Shown piece by piece: positions 50,908 to 60,898 of a stretch of 64,000 bases of DNA (within the stretch, counting starts at the first letter, position 1; each line of letters begins with the position of its first letter). Position numbers and translations under genes: made by a program. The notes below the pieces were generated by a model. It was not told the DNA's origin and made no database searches. It saw only the letters and a list, made by a program, of their open reading frames with translations. Source of the stretch: Terriglobia bacterium (GTDB lineage Bacteria; Acidobacteriota; Terriglobia; 2-12-FULL-54-10); assembly GCA_963666975.2 (NCBI GenBank), contig CAXVYR010000003.1:256001-320000 (forward strand), in the 5' to 3' direction.

Positions 50908-51904
50908 CCTGGACGAACGGGGAGAGATGTCCATTCGCACGGGGTGGGGTTATCTGGGCCCCGATTATTCGCAAGGAACATTGGAAACCATGGCCAGCCT
51001 GGTGGGCACCGGAACGGATTACATGTGGCTGGTGGGTGCTTGGGCGGTGAAAAACGGAGGTTCTTGCACCACTATCAATGCGAAGCCGGAAGTCAAGGCG
51101 AGGGAAAATTGCAACTTTTCACCTCCAGGTTCTGAAGACTTCAAGGAAACCGGCTATCAGCAGATGTACGACATCATCAAGAGTGGGCTGCGAGTGGCTA
51201 CGATGCACTCAGGAGGCGACAAGGACATTGACCAGTACATGGACATTATAGAAAAGGCGAGTGCGGATGCTGGTATGACCCTGGATGAAATCCGCGCGAA
51301 GCGCCACACTTTTGACCATCTAAGTCTTGCTCCTCGTCCGGGGCAACTGGATCGGCTCAAAAAGTTGGGAATGATGACCAGCGGGAACCCCATGTACGTG
51401 TACAACACGGCCCCTGACGTAGCCAAAGATTACGGTGAAGAATACACAGCTTGGATCGATCCGAGGAAAAACCAGGTCGATGCCGGGATTATGAGTTCAT
51501 TAGAGACAGATACTCCACTTAGTCAGCATGAGGGCACGATCTTCGAAGTGGCCGTCGTCGAGTTGACGCGCCGGTCCATGGATGGGAATCTCGTCGAGTT
51601 GACGCGCCGGTCCATGGATGGGAAGGTGCATTCACCCAATATGCAAATGGATCGTGAACGGGTATTGAAATCAATGACGACCTGGGGAGCTTACTACTTA
51701 ATCAGAGAGAAATTGTTAGGATCGCTCGAACCCGGAAAGCTGGCAGACATGATCATCATTGACCGGGATTACCTGACAATTCCAGAAGAGGAGGTTGGCA
51801 AGATTCAGGTGCTGGCAACGATGGTAGGCGGGAAGTTCGTGTATGCGGGTCGGGACTTTGCGACCGAAAACGGAATGAGCCCAGTCGGCTACCAAAGGAA
51901 CTAG
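50908..51904 (+). pseudogene. Amidohydrolase_3 paralog 3, C-terminal fragment
   Basis: Resumes at LDERGEMSIR; MHSGGDKDID, RHTFDH, ETD, GSLEPGKLAD; includes a 36-bp in-frame duplication. Confidence 0.85.
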
Positions 51905-52162
51905 CAATGAGTGGCACCGCCCTTGTGGTGGACACGGCCGTGCGGCACACTTGGCTCTAAAAAAAACGCTGGAAGCCACCACGATAAGGACGAAAGCAGT
52001 GTCAAGGCAAAAGGAAATGATCTGTGCCTCGATCATGGCCCACTAGGGCACTACCTGCGAGGAGGCCCGGCGGAAGCGTAACACTGGTTCCGCCCGAGTG
52101 ACGGCGTACTCGGAATGTATGGTCCGCTGATCCGGCCCGAAACTCGACCAAAAGTTCGCCAA

Positions 52163-52190
52163 GCGCCCCAGAAGTCCGGTTATGGGAAGT
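52163..52190. other. dif/Xer-like site S1
   Basis: GCGCCCCAGAA-GTCCGG-TTATGGGAAGT (11-6-11); spacer and right arm identical to S3. Confidence 0.65.
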
Positions 52191-52292
52191 TAGGGGCGAA
52201 CGGCACTCTCTGGGATAGATCGCGAGTAACGGCGCAGTAGCGACCTATCCTGCCCGCCGGATAGGTAAATACTACGCGACAAGGCAGGATCT

Positions 52293-52320
52293 ATTTCCCA
52301 GAACGCCGTTTATGTCCAAC
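52293..52320. other. dif/Xer-like site S2
   Basis: ATTTCCCAGAA-CGCCGT-TTATGTCCAAC; right arm resembles XerD arms (TTATGTtAAaT). Confidence 0.55.
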
Positions 52321-52476
52321 TACACTACGGCGTCACTCGCAGGTAAACGTGGCAAATGTGTCCGCTGAGGGCTATTCTGCTAGGGAGTCGTATCTGAACA
52401 GGGGGTGAATCATCTGGGAGGCCGTTACGGGAAGCTGCTGATGGGAAATTATCGGGGGCTCCGACTCTGATTATTG

Positions 52477-52519
52477 TGTATGCTGGCTGGTGGCCGGGAA
52501 AGCAAAATGGAAATCCTGG
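52477..52519 (+). mobile_element. IS1380-type right-end remnant
   Basis: GTGTATGCTGGC…GCCGGGAA.GCAAAATGGAAATCCTGG matches 47719-47762. Confidence 0.65.
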
Positions 52520-52600
52520 CTAATACGAAAAGGAATTATCAAGCGAGAGACGTTTTACTGAACCGGAGTTTTGACTTTTGAAACCGGAGGGCCCGACTGA

Positions 52601-54439
52601 ATGAACCTGGCAAAATTATTATTGATGCGCAGAAAATTCCTAGTTTTCTCCTTTTTGCTGTTTTTCATCTCCCCAAGTGCTTGGGGACAGTCCAATGTAG
52701 CGGCCCTGCTGGGCTACCCGGACCTCATCGTTCACAATGCCAAGATTGTGACCATGGACGATGCCACGTTCGAGTCGAGGGTAGGCACCATCGGGCAAGC
52801 GATGGCGCTGCGCGGGGACAAGGTATTGGCCGTCGGATCCAACTCGGAGATTCGCGCGCTGGCCGGGCCGCAAACCCGGCAGATGGACCTAAAAGGCCGC
52901 ACCGTGCTGCCGAGCTTCATCATGACTCACGAGCACCCCACCGACTGGGCCTTCGCCGAGCCTGAGGCTCTGAAGCACGCCCTGCCTGCGGATAGTGATG
53001 TCATGGTCATGCGGTGGCTGGAAGGGACCGCACAGCAACAACTGGATCAATGGGAGACCGTGCTGAGAGAAGCCGTCGCCGCAGCCAGCCCGGGCCAGTG
53101 GATCTGGCTGAGTTTTTTCTGGGGAACAAATTATGAGCATGCAGATGAACTTTGGCAACAATTTCCCCGTGTGGTCACCCAGGAGCGCCTCGACCAGCTT
53201 GCGCCGAACAATCCTGTCAGGGTTAAGAATAGCTGGCCGCTAATGTCGGCGAACAACACCAAGGCTGTGGAAGAGTTGAAGAAAGTCCATCCGGAAGCTA
53301 GTGCGGGAGCGAACCGCCTGTACGAGCCTAATGTGATCTTCCAGGGCTGGACCGAGGTCTTGGCGGATGTGCTTAAGGCCGAAATGGAGCTGTGGGTGGC
53401 TCAAGGCATCACGACATTTGGCTCCTCTCCTTATGCCTATAACAACTTCCAGGCATTGGCGTATCTGGATCGAAGAGGAGAGATGCCTGCTCGTTTCGCC
53501 TGGGGCTACACCGGCCCCGATTTTCACATCGAGACATTGCGTTACGTTGCGGGATTGGTGGGAAGTGGCAGCCCGTATCTTTGGAACGTGGGTGCCTGGG
53601 ATGCGTCCGGGGGTAGCTGTACGACGCTCAACGCTCGCACGCCCGAAATCAAGGCCCGCGAGAGCTGCAACTTTGCTCCAGGGAGCCCGGGTAGAAAGGT
53701 TCTCGATGATATCATCCGGACCGACGGCCGGGTGGCCACCATGCACACCCAGGGAGACAAGGATATCGACTATTTCATGGACGCTATTGAGCAAGTCAGC
53801 AGAGAGGCAGGCATCTCCTTGGAAGAGATTCGGGCCAAGCGCCACGCCTTTGATCACGCTTCTGGCGCCCCCCGACCGGACCAGATTCCACGCGTTAAGA
53901 ATTTGGGGATGATGGTCAGCATGATCAACACCATGTTGTGGGAAACCCACCGCACTTACGATACTTCCAGCCGTGTGCGCGATTATGGAATCGAGTATGC
54001 CAACCTGTCGGTGCCCCGAAAGAGCGTGACAGACGCGGGAATCATGAACACCTTTGAGATCGATCGTCCGCTGCCGCACCTGGTGTTCACCATGATTCAC
54101 AAAGGCATCACCCGATACAGCGATCAAGACGGCGCAGTCTACGGGCCCCGGGAAAGGACCGACCGGATCATCCAGTTGAAGGCGTTAACGGTGTGGGGAG
54201 GCTATTACGTGCTGCGGGAAAATCTATTGGGAACGCTGGAGCGCGGCAAGTACGCCGATTTCATTGTGCTGGACCGGGACTATCTGACCATTCCGGAAGA
54301 CGATATTCCCAATACCAAAGTCTTGATGACAGTGGTCGGTGGCAAGACGATGCACTTGATGCCTTCTCTGGCGGCGGAGAACGGGATGCAACCGGCGGGC
54401 CCGGTCACGTGGAGCACAAAACCCCTGGAGAATTACTAA
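52601..54439 (+). CDS. Secreted amidohydrolase_3 paralog 4
   Basis: Signal peptide, THEHPTDW, MHTQGDKDID, RHAFDH, EIDRP. Confidence 0.88.
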   Translation: MNLAKLLLMRRKFLVFSFLLFFISPSAWGQSNVAALLGYPDLIVHNAKIVTMDDATFESRVGTIGQAMALRGDKVLAVGSNSEIRALAGPQTRQMDLKGRTVLPSFIMTHEHPTDWAFAEPEALKHALPADSDVMVMRWLEGTAQQQLDQWETVLREAVAAASPGQWIWLSFFWGTNYEHADELWQQFPRVVTQERLDQLAPNNPVRVKNSWPLMSANNTKAVEELKKVHPEASAGANRLYEPNVIFQGWTEVLADVLKAEMELWVAQGITTFGSSPYAYNNFQALAYLDRRGEMPARFAWGYTGPDFHIETLRYVAGLVGSGSPYLWNVGAWDASGGSCTTLNARTPEIKARESCNFAPGSPGRKVLDDIIRTDGRVATMHTQGDKDIDYFMDAIEQVSREAGISLEEIRAKRHAFDHASGAPRPDQIPRVKNLGMMVSMINTMLWETHRTYDTSSRVRDYGIEYANLSVPRKSVTDAGIMNTFEIDRPLPHLVFTMIHKGITRYSDQDGAVYGPRERTDRIIQLKALTVWGGYYVLRENLLGTLERGKYADFIVLDRDYLTIPEDDIPNTKVLMTVVGGKTMHLMPSLAAENGMQPAGPVTWSTKPLENY

Positions 54440-54507
54440 TTTCCTGGGCCGCTCATTGTGCGTTAAAACTGGACCTTCTTTATCTTCATCCAACCGCATT
54501 TTTGATT

Positions 54508-54544
54508 CCGGTGGCTGGCCGCTTTCTGAGAGGCCAGCCACCGG
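54508..54544. terminator. GC-rich hairpin downstream of paralog 4
   Basis: CCGGTGGCTGGCC…GGCCAGCCACCGG 13-bp stem; no clear U-tract. Confidence 0.5.
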
Positions 54545-54921
54545 GACTCACAAGCGGAGACCTTTGTCTTCCTGATGGGAAGGTCTAGCTCGCTACAGCG
54601 GTTTCTTTCTTATCCACCTTCTCCACCCGAACCGAAACCGGCACCGACTTGGAAACGACGTTGAACACAGGAGAATAATTGGTCGGTTCGGCCATTTCTT
54701 CCGCTGTAATGGCCATTCTGGTAAAATACTTTAAAGCCCTATATAGGAGATTTTCTCTCAATTCAGGTGATTGGATAGGGGCGAAGGCTCCGACGCATCC
54801 CGCGTAGACTTTGGTTGGTTTGGAGAGAAGTAAACTGTTGGCGGGAAGCAAAGCTTCGAGGCTGGGATCTATGAGACTATCGCTGGTTGGTAGCTACTCG
54901 AAATCAAGTCTTCGGGCGTTC

Positions 54922-55431
54922 TCAATTCAGCGTGACGTAGCGCTCTAACCTGGCGACTTCGTTCTCGTTCACATACTTGCCAATCTCGCGCCGGAATTGA
55001 TCGATATTCCGGTACGGGCGGTACTCCTTAAACTCGCGCAGCATCCGGGCACCCACACCGGGGATACTCAGGATGTCTTCGTCGCTCGCAGTATTGAGGT
55101 TGATCGGCACGAAGATGTACTGCTCAAGGCGAGCCACTTCCGCCTCGTCCACGTACTTGCCGATCTCCCTGCGGAACTGCGCGAGCGTTTTGTACGGCCT
55201 GTACTCGAGAAACTCGCGCAGCATCCGGTTCCCCTCGCCAGGGATCATCAGGATCTCCTCCTGCATCGCAGTGTTGAGGTTGATATGGACGAACATCCTT
55301 GCGTACAGCTCAGACAGTTGTTCCTTGTTGAGCGACTGAATGAGGAACGAATGCAGTTCCGTCATGCTCAGGAAGGGGCGTCGCTCTATGATTCCCTTCA
55401 CGATCGCCGTATCGAGGTGCGGAAGCGCCAT
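54922..55431 (-). CDS. Helix-hairpin-helix repeat protein (ComEA-like), probably N-truncated
   Basis: Tandem units INLNTA..E.IL.IPG.G.RMLREF.EYRPY….QFRREIGKYV; the first unit is incomplete. Confidence 0.75.
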   Translation of the reverse strand: MALPHLDTAIVKGIIERRPFLSMTELHSFLIQSLNKEQLSELYARMFVHINLNTAMQEEILMIPGEGNRMLREFLEYRPYKTLAQFRREIGKYVDEAEVARLEQYIFVPINLNTASDEDILSIPGVGARMLREFKEYRPYRNIDQFRREIGKYVNENEVARLERYVTLN

Positions 55432-55572
55432 TCCTTATTATTTCGAGTAGCCACCACTTGCTCTGACAAACGCACCCGTGAGGTTCCTGCCCCTTCCTGG
55501 AAGCGGTTCCCGATTGGGGAACTCGACTTCAGTCCTGTCTTCGCCTCCTTCCCCAATCGGTTCTCTTCTGCT

Positions 55573-57462
55573 TTACTGTGACACGGAGTGCCAGCCTGAG
55601 TGCCAGCCCGGTGGAATCTGCTCCCTCCACGTCGTCGGCCCCACCGGCTGCATCCCAACCTCCCGGGCCAACGCGTCCCCCAAGTGCACCGTCTTGCCGC
55701 CGACTACCGTCATCAGTACTTGAATGTTTGGAATGTCATCATCCGGAATCGCCAGAAAGTCCCGATCCAGCACCATGAAGTCCGCAAACTTGCCCGGCTC
55801 CAGCGTTCCCAATAGGTTCTCCCGCATCAAATAGTAGGCACCCCACCGGGTGTGCGCCTTCAACTGGATGATCCGATCCGTCCTCTCCCGCGGTCCATAG
55901 ACTTGTCCATCATCTTTGTTGACTCGAGTCATTCCTTTGTGAATGAACAGGAACACTTTCTCCTGTAATCCCCGATCAATCTCGGCGCCGGTCATCACGC
56001 CCGCATCCGCCATGCTCCTCCGCGGGACAACCCAATTGGCGTATTCAATCCCATACCTCTCGGCTTTCAGCTTTGCCGTGTCACTCCACAAATAGGTGTT
56101 GTTCTGGCTGGCCATCATTCCCAAATTTTTCATCCGGAGAATTTGATCTGGGCGCGGGGCGCCGCCACCGTGGTCAAAGGTATGGCGTTTTGCGCGGATT
56201 TCCTCGAGAGTTAGGCCCGCCCTCTGGCTGGCTTGCTCGATCATATCCATGTAATAGTCGATATCCTTGTCCCCTCCAGTATGCATCGTTGCCACTCGAT
56301 TGCCAGTTGCTATGATCCGTTCCAGAATCTCCCTGCCTTGTGCACCTGGTGCGAAATTGCAGCCTTGCGCCGCCCTCGCGTCTTCCTGACCGGCCCGTAA
56401 GGGAATGCTCATACATTCGGAGCCGATTTCCGCCCAGGCACCCGTAAGCCATAGATGGTCAGTGCCATGTCCCGTCATAGCCGCTATTTGGCGCAGGGTA
56501 TCCATGCTAAAGTCAGGACCGAGATAGCCCCAAGCGAAGCGGGCTGGCATTTCTCCCTTCTTGTCTAAGTAGTCCAGAGCTACGAGGTTGTTATACGCAT
56601 AGGGAGCAGAAGCAAAGGTAGTAATCCCATAGCGCGCCCACACCTCCATTTCGGCTTTGAGAATCTCGGCGAGCACCGGAACCTTGCCCTGGAGCATAAC
56701 ATCCGGTTCTATCGCCCGGCTGAAGCCACTCCCTGTCTTAAAAAACTCTTCGGGGGCCATGATGAACACCGGAGTGGGGGAAAAAATCGAGATGTCCGGA
56801 TGAACCTTGAGCGTCTCGTCAATGGCGCTCTGGTTGGCTACGCCGCCAACAAATCCATTTTTTATCTTCACCGGGTTGTTCGGCGCTAATGTATCGAGCC
56901 ACTCCTTTTTGATGCTGGTGCGAAATAGCTCGGACACTTCATCTATCCATTCATAATTTGGTCCCCGGGAGAAGCCAATTAGAATCCATTGCCCTGGTCT
57001 TGCCTTCGCCACCGCCTCTTTCAGGGTCGGCTCAAATTGTATCAACTGATCCCTCGCGGGACCGCCCCGCAGCCAGCGGTGGACAATGACATCATCATTG
57101 GGCAACGCATGAGTCATGGCTCGTGGTGTCGAAAAGGCCCAATCGGTAGGGTGCTCATGCGTCATCAGGAACCCCGGGAGCACCGTCCTGCCCTTCAGGT
57201 CAATCACCCTGGTCTGGGGCCCCGCCAGCGGCCGAATCTCGGCGTCGCTTCCCGTCGCCAGAATCTTCCCGTCCCGAATCGCCATTGCCTGAACAATGGT
57301 TCCTACCCGAGACTCAAACGAGGCATCATCCACCGTAACAATCTTGCCGTTGTAAATAATCATCGGCGGATAGCCCAGCTTGGCCATGATATCTGCTTGC
57401 TGAGCCCATCCACCAACACACCAAAACATCATTAGCACCGCCGACCAACATCTCTTCTTCAT
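55573..57462 (-). CDS. Secreted amidohydrolase_3 paralog 5
   Basis: Signal peptide, THEHPTDW, MHTGGDKDID, RHTFDH, EIDRG. Confidence 0.88.
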   Translation of the reverse strand: MKKRCWSAVLMMFWCVGGWAQQADIMAKLGYPPMIIYNGKIVTVDDASFESRVGTIVQAMAIRDGKILATGSDAEIRPLAGPQTRVIDLKGRTVLPGFLMTHEHPTDWAFSTPRAMTHALPNDDVIVHRWLRGGPARDQLIQFEPTLKEAVAKARPGQWILIGFSRGPNYEWIDEVSELFRTSIKKEWLDTLAPNNPVKIKNGFVGGVANQSAIDETLKVHPDISIFSPTPVFIMAPEEFFKTGSGFSRAIEPDVMLQGKVPVLAEILKAEMEVWARYGITTFASAPYAYNNLVALDYLDKKGEMPARFAWGYLGPDFSMDTLRQIAAMTGHGTDHLWLTGAWAEIGSECMSIPLRAGQEDARAAQGCNFAPGAQGREILERIIATGNRVATMHTGGDKDIDYYMDMIEQASQRAGLTLEEIRAKRHTFDHGGGAPRPDQILRMKNLGMMASQNNTYLWSDTAKLKAERYGIEYANWVVPRRSMADAGVMTGAEIDRGLQEKVFLFIHKGMTRVNKDDGQVYGPRERTDRIIQLKAHTRWGAYYLMRENLLGTLEPGKFADFMVLDRDFLAIPDDDIPNIQVLMTVVGGKTVHLGDALAREVGMQPVGPTTWREQIPPGWHSGWHSVSQ

Positions 57463-57577
57463 TATTCCCTCCTCATACTTATCCCAAATTCGATTACCTC
57501 TGGCTGCTTACCTCGAAGTACCCGGCGTGTGGCACAAGATTGGAGCCAGGAACGAACCAGCCGGCTGGAGCTCTTAG

Positions 57578-57642
57578 CCGGAATTTCCATTTTGAGCTTC
57601 ATCTTCACCCGAAAACCTATGCCGCCTACCCTGTCGTGTCAA
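57578..57642 (-). mobile_element. IS1380-type right-end remnant with outward promoter
   Basis: Minus strand TTGACA-N17-TAGGTT…GCTCAAAATGGAAATTCCGG. Confidence 0.6.
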
Positions 57643-57665
57643 GCGTGATCGTCATGGCATGGGGC

Positions 57666-57737
57666 CCCCATACCACCCGCACCTAGTGGGCTGAGGATCT
57701 CATACGAGCCAAGACGGGCACCTGGGGATATGGGCAA
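57666..57737 (-). pseudogene. 5' stub of a Ser/Thr protein kinase
   Basis: (TTG)PISPGARLGSYEILSPLGAGGMG. Confidence 0.75.
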
Positions 57738-57774
57738 GTTTTACCCCCCCCCGATGATTGAATTTAATGGGAAA

Positions 57775-57803
57775 AGATTACACGAGGGGAGAGGGGAAAG
57801 CAA
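57775..57803 (-). promoter_or_regulatory. Shared promoter copy 4 (TTGCTT-N17-TAATCT)
   Basis: Points toward the kinase stub and paralog 5; divergent from the recombinase. Confidence 0.6.
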
Positions 57804-57857
57804 TTGCTGGAAGAGGGATAAGCTGAACGGCAGTACGGGGCGGACAAGTCCCGGATT

Positions 57858-57885
57858 ACTCCCCATAAGTCCGGTTATGGGAAGT
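57858..57885. other. dif/Xer-like site S3
   Basis: ACTCCCCATAA-GTCCGG-TTATGGGAAGT; arms are 10/11 inverted repeats; 98 bp upstream of the recombinase. Confidence 0.75.
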
Positions 57886-57983
57886 GTGGGAGGACGGCAG
57901 TCGCCAGGATAGATCTTGAGTAACGGCGCAGGGAAGAGTTTCGGCGGCATTCTTGGCGGCGACGGCAAAGGAGGCCGTCGCCA

Positions 57984-58934
57984 ATGCCAAAATCTAGGAA
58001 GAAGCGGAAATCGCCGAAGCGGGTCCTGGCGCTGCCTGATCTGGAACAATCAAAGTCAGCGGTCCTAAACAGCCTAACGTCAAAGAGTGGTCAACGAACA
58101 TACAACCATGCCATCGACGAGTTTGTCGGGTGGTATTGCTCAGAACCACGCCTGGCTTTCAATCGCACCGTCGTCCTGCGTTATCGAATCCATCTCGAAC
58201 AGAAACAGTACGCTCCGTCAACAGTCAACCTGCGCCTCGCTGCAATCCGGCGTGTTGCGTATGAGGCTGCCGATTCGGGCCTACTCAGCCCGGAGTTGGC
58301 CGCAGGCATCCGCCGGGTCAAAGGAGTTAGGCGGCTCGGTATCCGTGTCGGAAACTGGCTTACTGCTGAACAGGGCAAGCGCCTGTTACAGGGATCATCC
58401 CATGATCACCAGCGTGGCAAGAGGAATTACGCCATGCTAGCGATGCTCATCGGGTGCGGTCTCCGACGCGGCGAACTGTTGGCCTTGAATCTGGACTCGA
58501 TTCAGCAACGGGAGGAACACTGGGTCATTGCGGACTTGATCGGAAAAGGAGGCCACATTCGCACGGTGCCAATCCCAACCTGGGTCAAAGTGGCAATCGA
58601 TGCCTGGACGGAGTCCAGCGGAATCCGGGATGGGCGTGTATTCCGGTCCATCAATAAGGCTAGCAAAATCTGGGGTAACGGCATGACCGAGAAAGTACTC
58701 TGGGAGATTGTTCGAGAAGCGGCAAGTCGGGCAGGGATAGAAAAGCTCGCTCCGCATGACCTGAGACGCACGTGTGCCCGGTTCTGCCATCTGGCGGGTG
58801 GTGAACTGGATCAGATTCAATTCCTTCTCGGGCACGTTTCAATACAGACCACGGAAAGATACTTGGGTTGCAAACAGAGGCTTCATTGCGCTGTCAACGA
58901 CAAGATGGGGATTGAACCAGAGGGTTTCTGTTGA
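57984..58934 (+). CDS. Tyrosine recombinase (Xer-sized, intact)
   Basis: RBS AAGGAGG; GLRRGEL (R), GKGG (K), HDLRR, LGH, TTERY. Confidence 0.92.
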   Translation: MPKSRKKRKSPKRVLALPDLEQSKSAVLNSLTSKSGQRTYNHAIDEFVGWYCSEPRLAFNRTVVLRYRIHLEQKQYAPSTVNLRLAAIRRVAYEAADSGLLSPELAAGIRRVKGVRRLGIRVGNWLTAEQGKRLLQGSSHDHQRGKRNYAMLAMLIGCGLRRGELLALNLDSIQQREEHWVIADLIGKGGHIRTVPIPTWVKVAIDAWTESSGIRDGRVFRSINKASKIWGNGMTEKVLWEIVREAASRAGIEKLAPHDLRRTCARFCHLAGGELDQIQFLLGHVSIQTTERYLGCKQRLHCAVNDKMGIEPEGFC

Positions 58935-59135
58935 TCGCGATAGGCTACCGGCCAAACGGGGCGGAATAGCCCGCCCCTAGGCGACTCTTCGTTTCCTGTC
59001 GCCGAAACGCTTGCCTCTTGTGCTAATGCAGTCCCTCGAATGGGATTGTGACGAAATCAAGCCTTGATCCAGTAAAGGAACCAATTGAGCGTGTATAATT
59101 GGAAACCGATTCAGGACTCTAAGGAGGCACCAGGC

Positions 59136-60023
59136 ATGAAGACTGTGACGCACTTGTGGAGGAGCCGCATCACGGTGGGTATGTTAGCTCTCAGCGTTGG
59201 GTTGATATCAAGTTGCTCCGGGCCAGCCGAGCCCAACCCAGGCACCGTAGCAACCCCGCCCGAAGCGGGACATATCGCCTATGCGCCGACAGCAGAGGAT
59301 GAGCTGCCGCCAGCGATTCTCGGGCAAGCGCCGGCACCACAAGGAACAAACCTCCAGTACTTGGAGGACGACCCTTCGACGAATGGCTATCTCGCGCTGC
59401 CCGCTGGCGAAGGTTCGCATCCCGCCCTAATTCTGGTGCACGAGTGGGACGGGCTCAACGATCGCGTCCGGCAGGTCGCTGACGCGTTCGCAGCCGAAGG
59501 TTACGTGGCGCTGGCGGCAGACCTCTATCAAGGCCGGACGGGTAGCAACCCGGAGGAGAACATGGCCCTCGTCAATGAAACGATGGCCCAGCCGCAGAGG
59601 GTTATCCAAAACCTGAATGCGGCTGCGGCGACGCTTCGCAATCACCCCGCTGTGAGCGGCCGGATTGCTGTCATGGGGTGGTGCTTCGGAGGTGGCGTAG
59701 CCTTGAGCTACGGTCTCGACGGCGAGGAGCACGACGGAACCGCGATGTTTTACGGTCGGCTCGTGCAGGATCCTGAACAACTCGCGAAGCTGAACCACCC
59801 GATTTACGGCACTTTCGCGTCGGAAGACACAGGCATTCCGCCCGCCGACGTCGAAAGGTTCGTCGAAGCGCTGCGGACGGCAGGCATCGAGAACGATGTG
59901 CACATCTATGACGACGTCAACCATGGCTTCTGGCTGTGGGTTGATCAGGTCCCGGCGCGGACGGAGGCGGCGCTGGGCGCGTGGCAGCGACTGAAAGCGT
60001 ACCTGAATCGCGTGCTCGGATAG
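59136..60023 (+). CDS. Dienelactone hydrolase-family lipoprotein
   Basis: Lipobox-like ISSC; HEWDG, GWCFGG nucleophile, ED, HGF; RBS AAGGAGG. Confidence 0.88.
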   Translation: MKTVTHLWRSRITVGMLALSVGLISSCSGPAEPNPGTVATPPEAGHIAYAPTAEDELPPAILGQAPAPQGTNLQYLEDDPSTNGYLALPAGEGSHPALILVHEWDGLNDRVRQVADAFAAEGYVALAADLYQGRTGSNPEENMALVNETMAQPQRVIQNLNAAAATLRNHPAVSGRIAVMGWCFGGGVALSYGLDGEEHDGTAMFYGRLVQDPEQLAKLNHPIYGTFASEDTGIPPADVERFVEALRTAGIENDVHIYDDVNHGFWLWVDQVPARTEAALGAWQRLKAYLNRVLG

Positions 60024-60696
60024 TCGTCGGCTATTCCTCCAGCGGACTCTCGGTCCTCACGGCCTTGGTGCTCGCGATCTACTCCTGAGTAACGGCGTAG
60101 TGGCGACCTATCCTGCCCGCCGGATAGGTAAACACTTGGCGACTTATGGGGAGTAATCCGGGACTTGCCTCCTCGACCGAACTCGGCGTTGCCCTGGCCA
60201 TTTCTTCCACCAAAATCAGTTTCATGCCCCAGGCTGTGATGTACATTCGCACACTGGTGATACATCGGTCGAAGGGTCACCAAACAGTTGCAGGTTGGGA
60301 GACGGGTTGAGTCTTCTCCGGCGCGATCGCAAGGCCCGGAGACGGAGGCGGATACGCCGTTTGGGCGCATCGTCGAACTCGCCGTGGCCAGCAATTGAGT
60401 CGTTTTCCGCACACCGACTGAAAGCGTGGATGGCCTGGGAGTCCCCTGATCCGTAAATCGCGTGCTCGGATAGTCGTCGGCTATTCCTCCAGCGGACTCT
60501 CGGTCCTCACGGCCTTGGTGCTCGCGATCTACTCCTGAGTAACGGCGTAGTGGCGACCTATCCTGCCCGCCGGATAGGTAAACACTTGGCGACTTAGCTT
60601 GGGGAGTAATCCGGGACTTGCCTCCTCGACCGAACTCGGCGTTGCCCTGTAGCCATTTCTTCCACCAAAATCAGTTTCATAGCCCCAGGCTGTGAT
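60006..60696 (+). repeat. Imperfect direct duplication (60006-60240 and 60456-60696)
   Basis: Offset 450; copy 2 has three small insertions totalling 6 bp. Confidence 0.9.
60127..60154. other. dif/Xer-like half site S4 (inverted relative to S3/S5)
   Basis: Right arm TTATGGGGAGT (60144-60154) preceded by GAC; left arm degenerate. Confidence 0.55.
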
Positions 60697-60898
60697 TCAG
60701 ATCCACCACCGGCAACAGCATCTGTCCTTGAGTTGGTTTGGCAAAACTTCCCCTTGTGGTTTCACATTCGCACACTGGTGGTACAAGATATCGGTCTGGT
60801 CACCACAGACAGAGACTGAGTCAAAAAACTTCTTCTTGGTCGTCGCAAAGATCGTGGCTCACCCTGGATACACCGTCATCGCGCCCGAGTTTTGCGGC

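Noticed and set aside
54585-54851. 88-aa ORF
   Set aside because: No recognisable motif or clear RBS; possibly a gene remnant.
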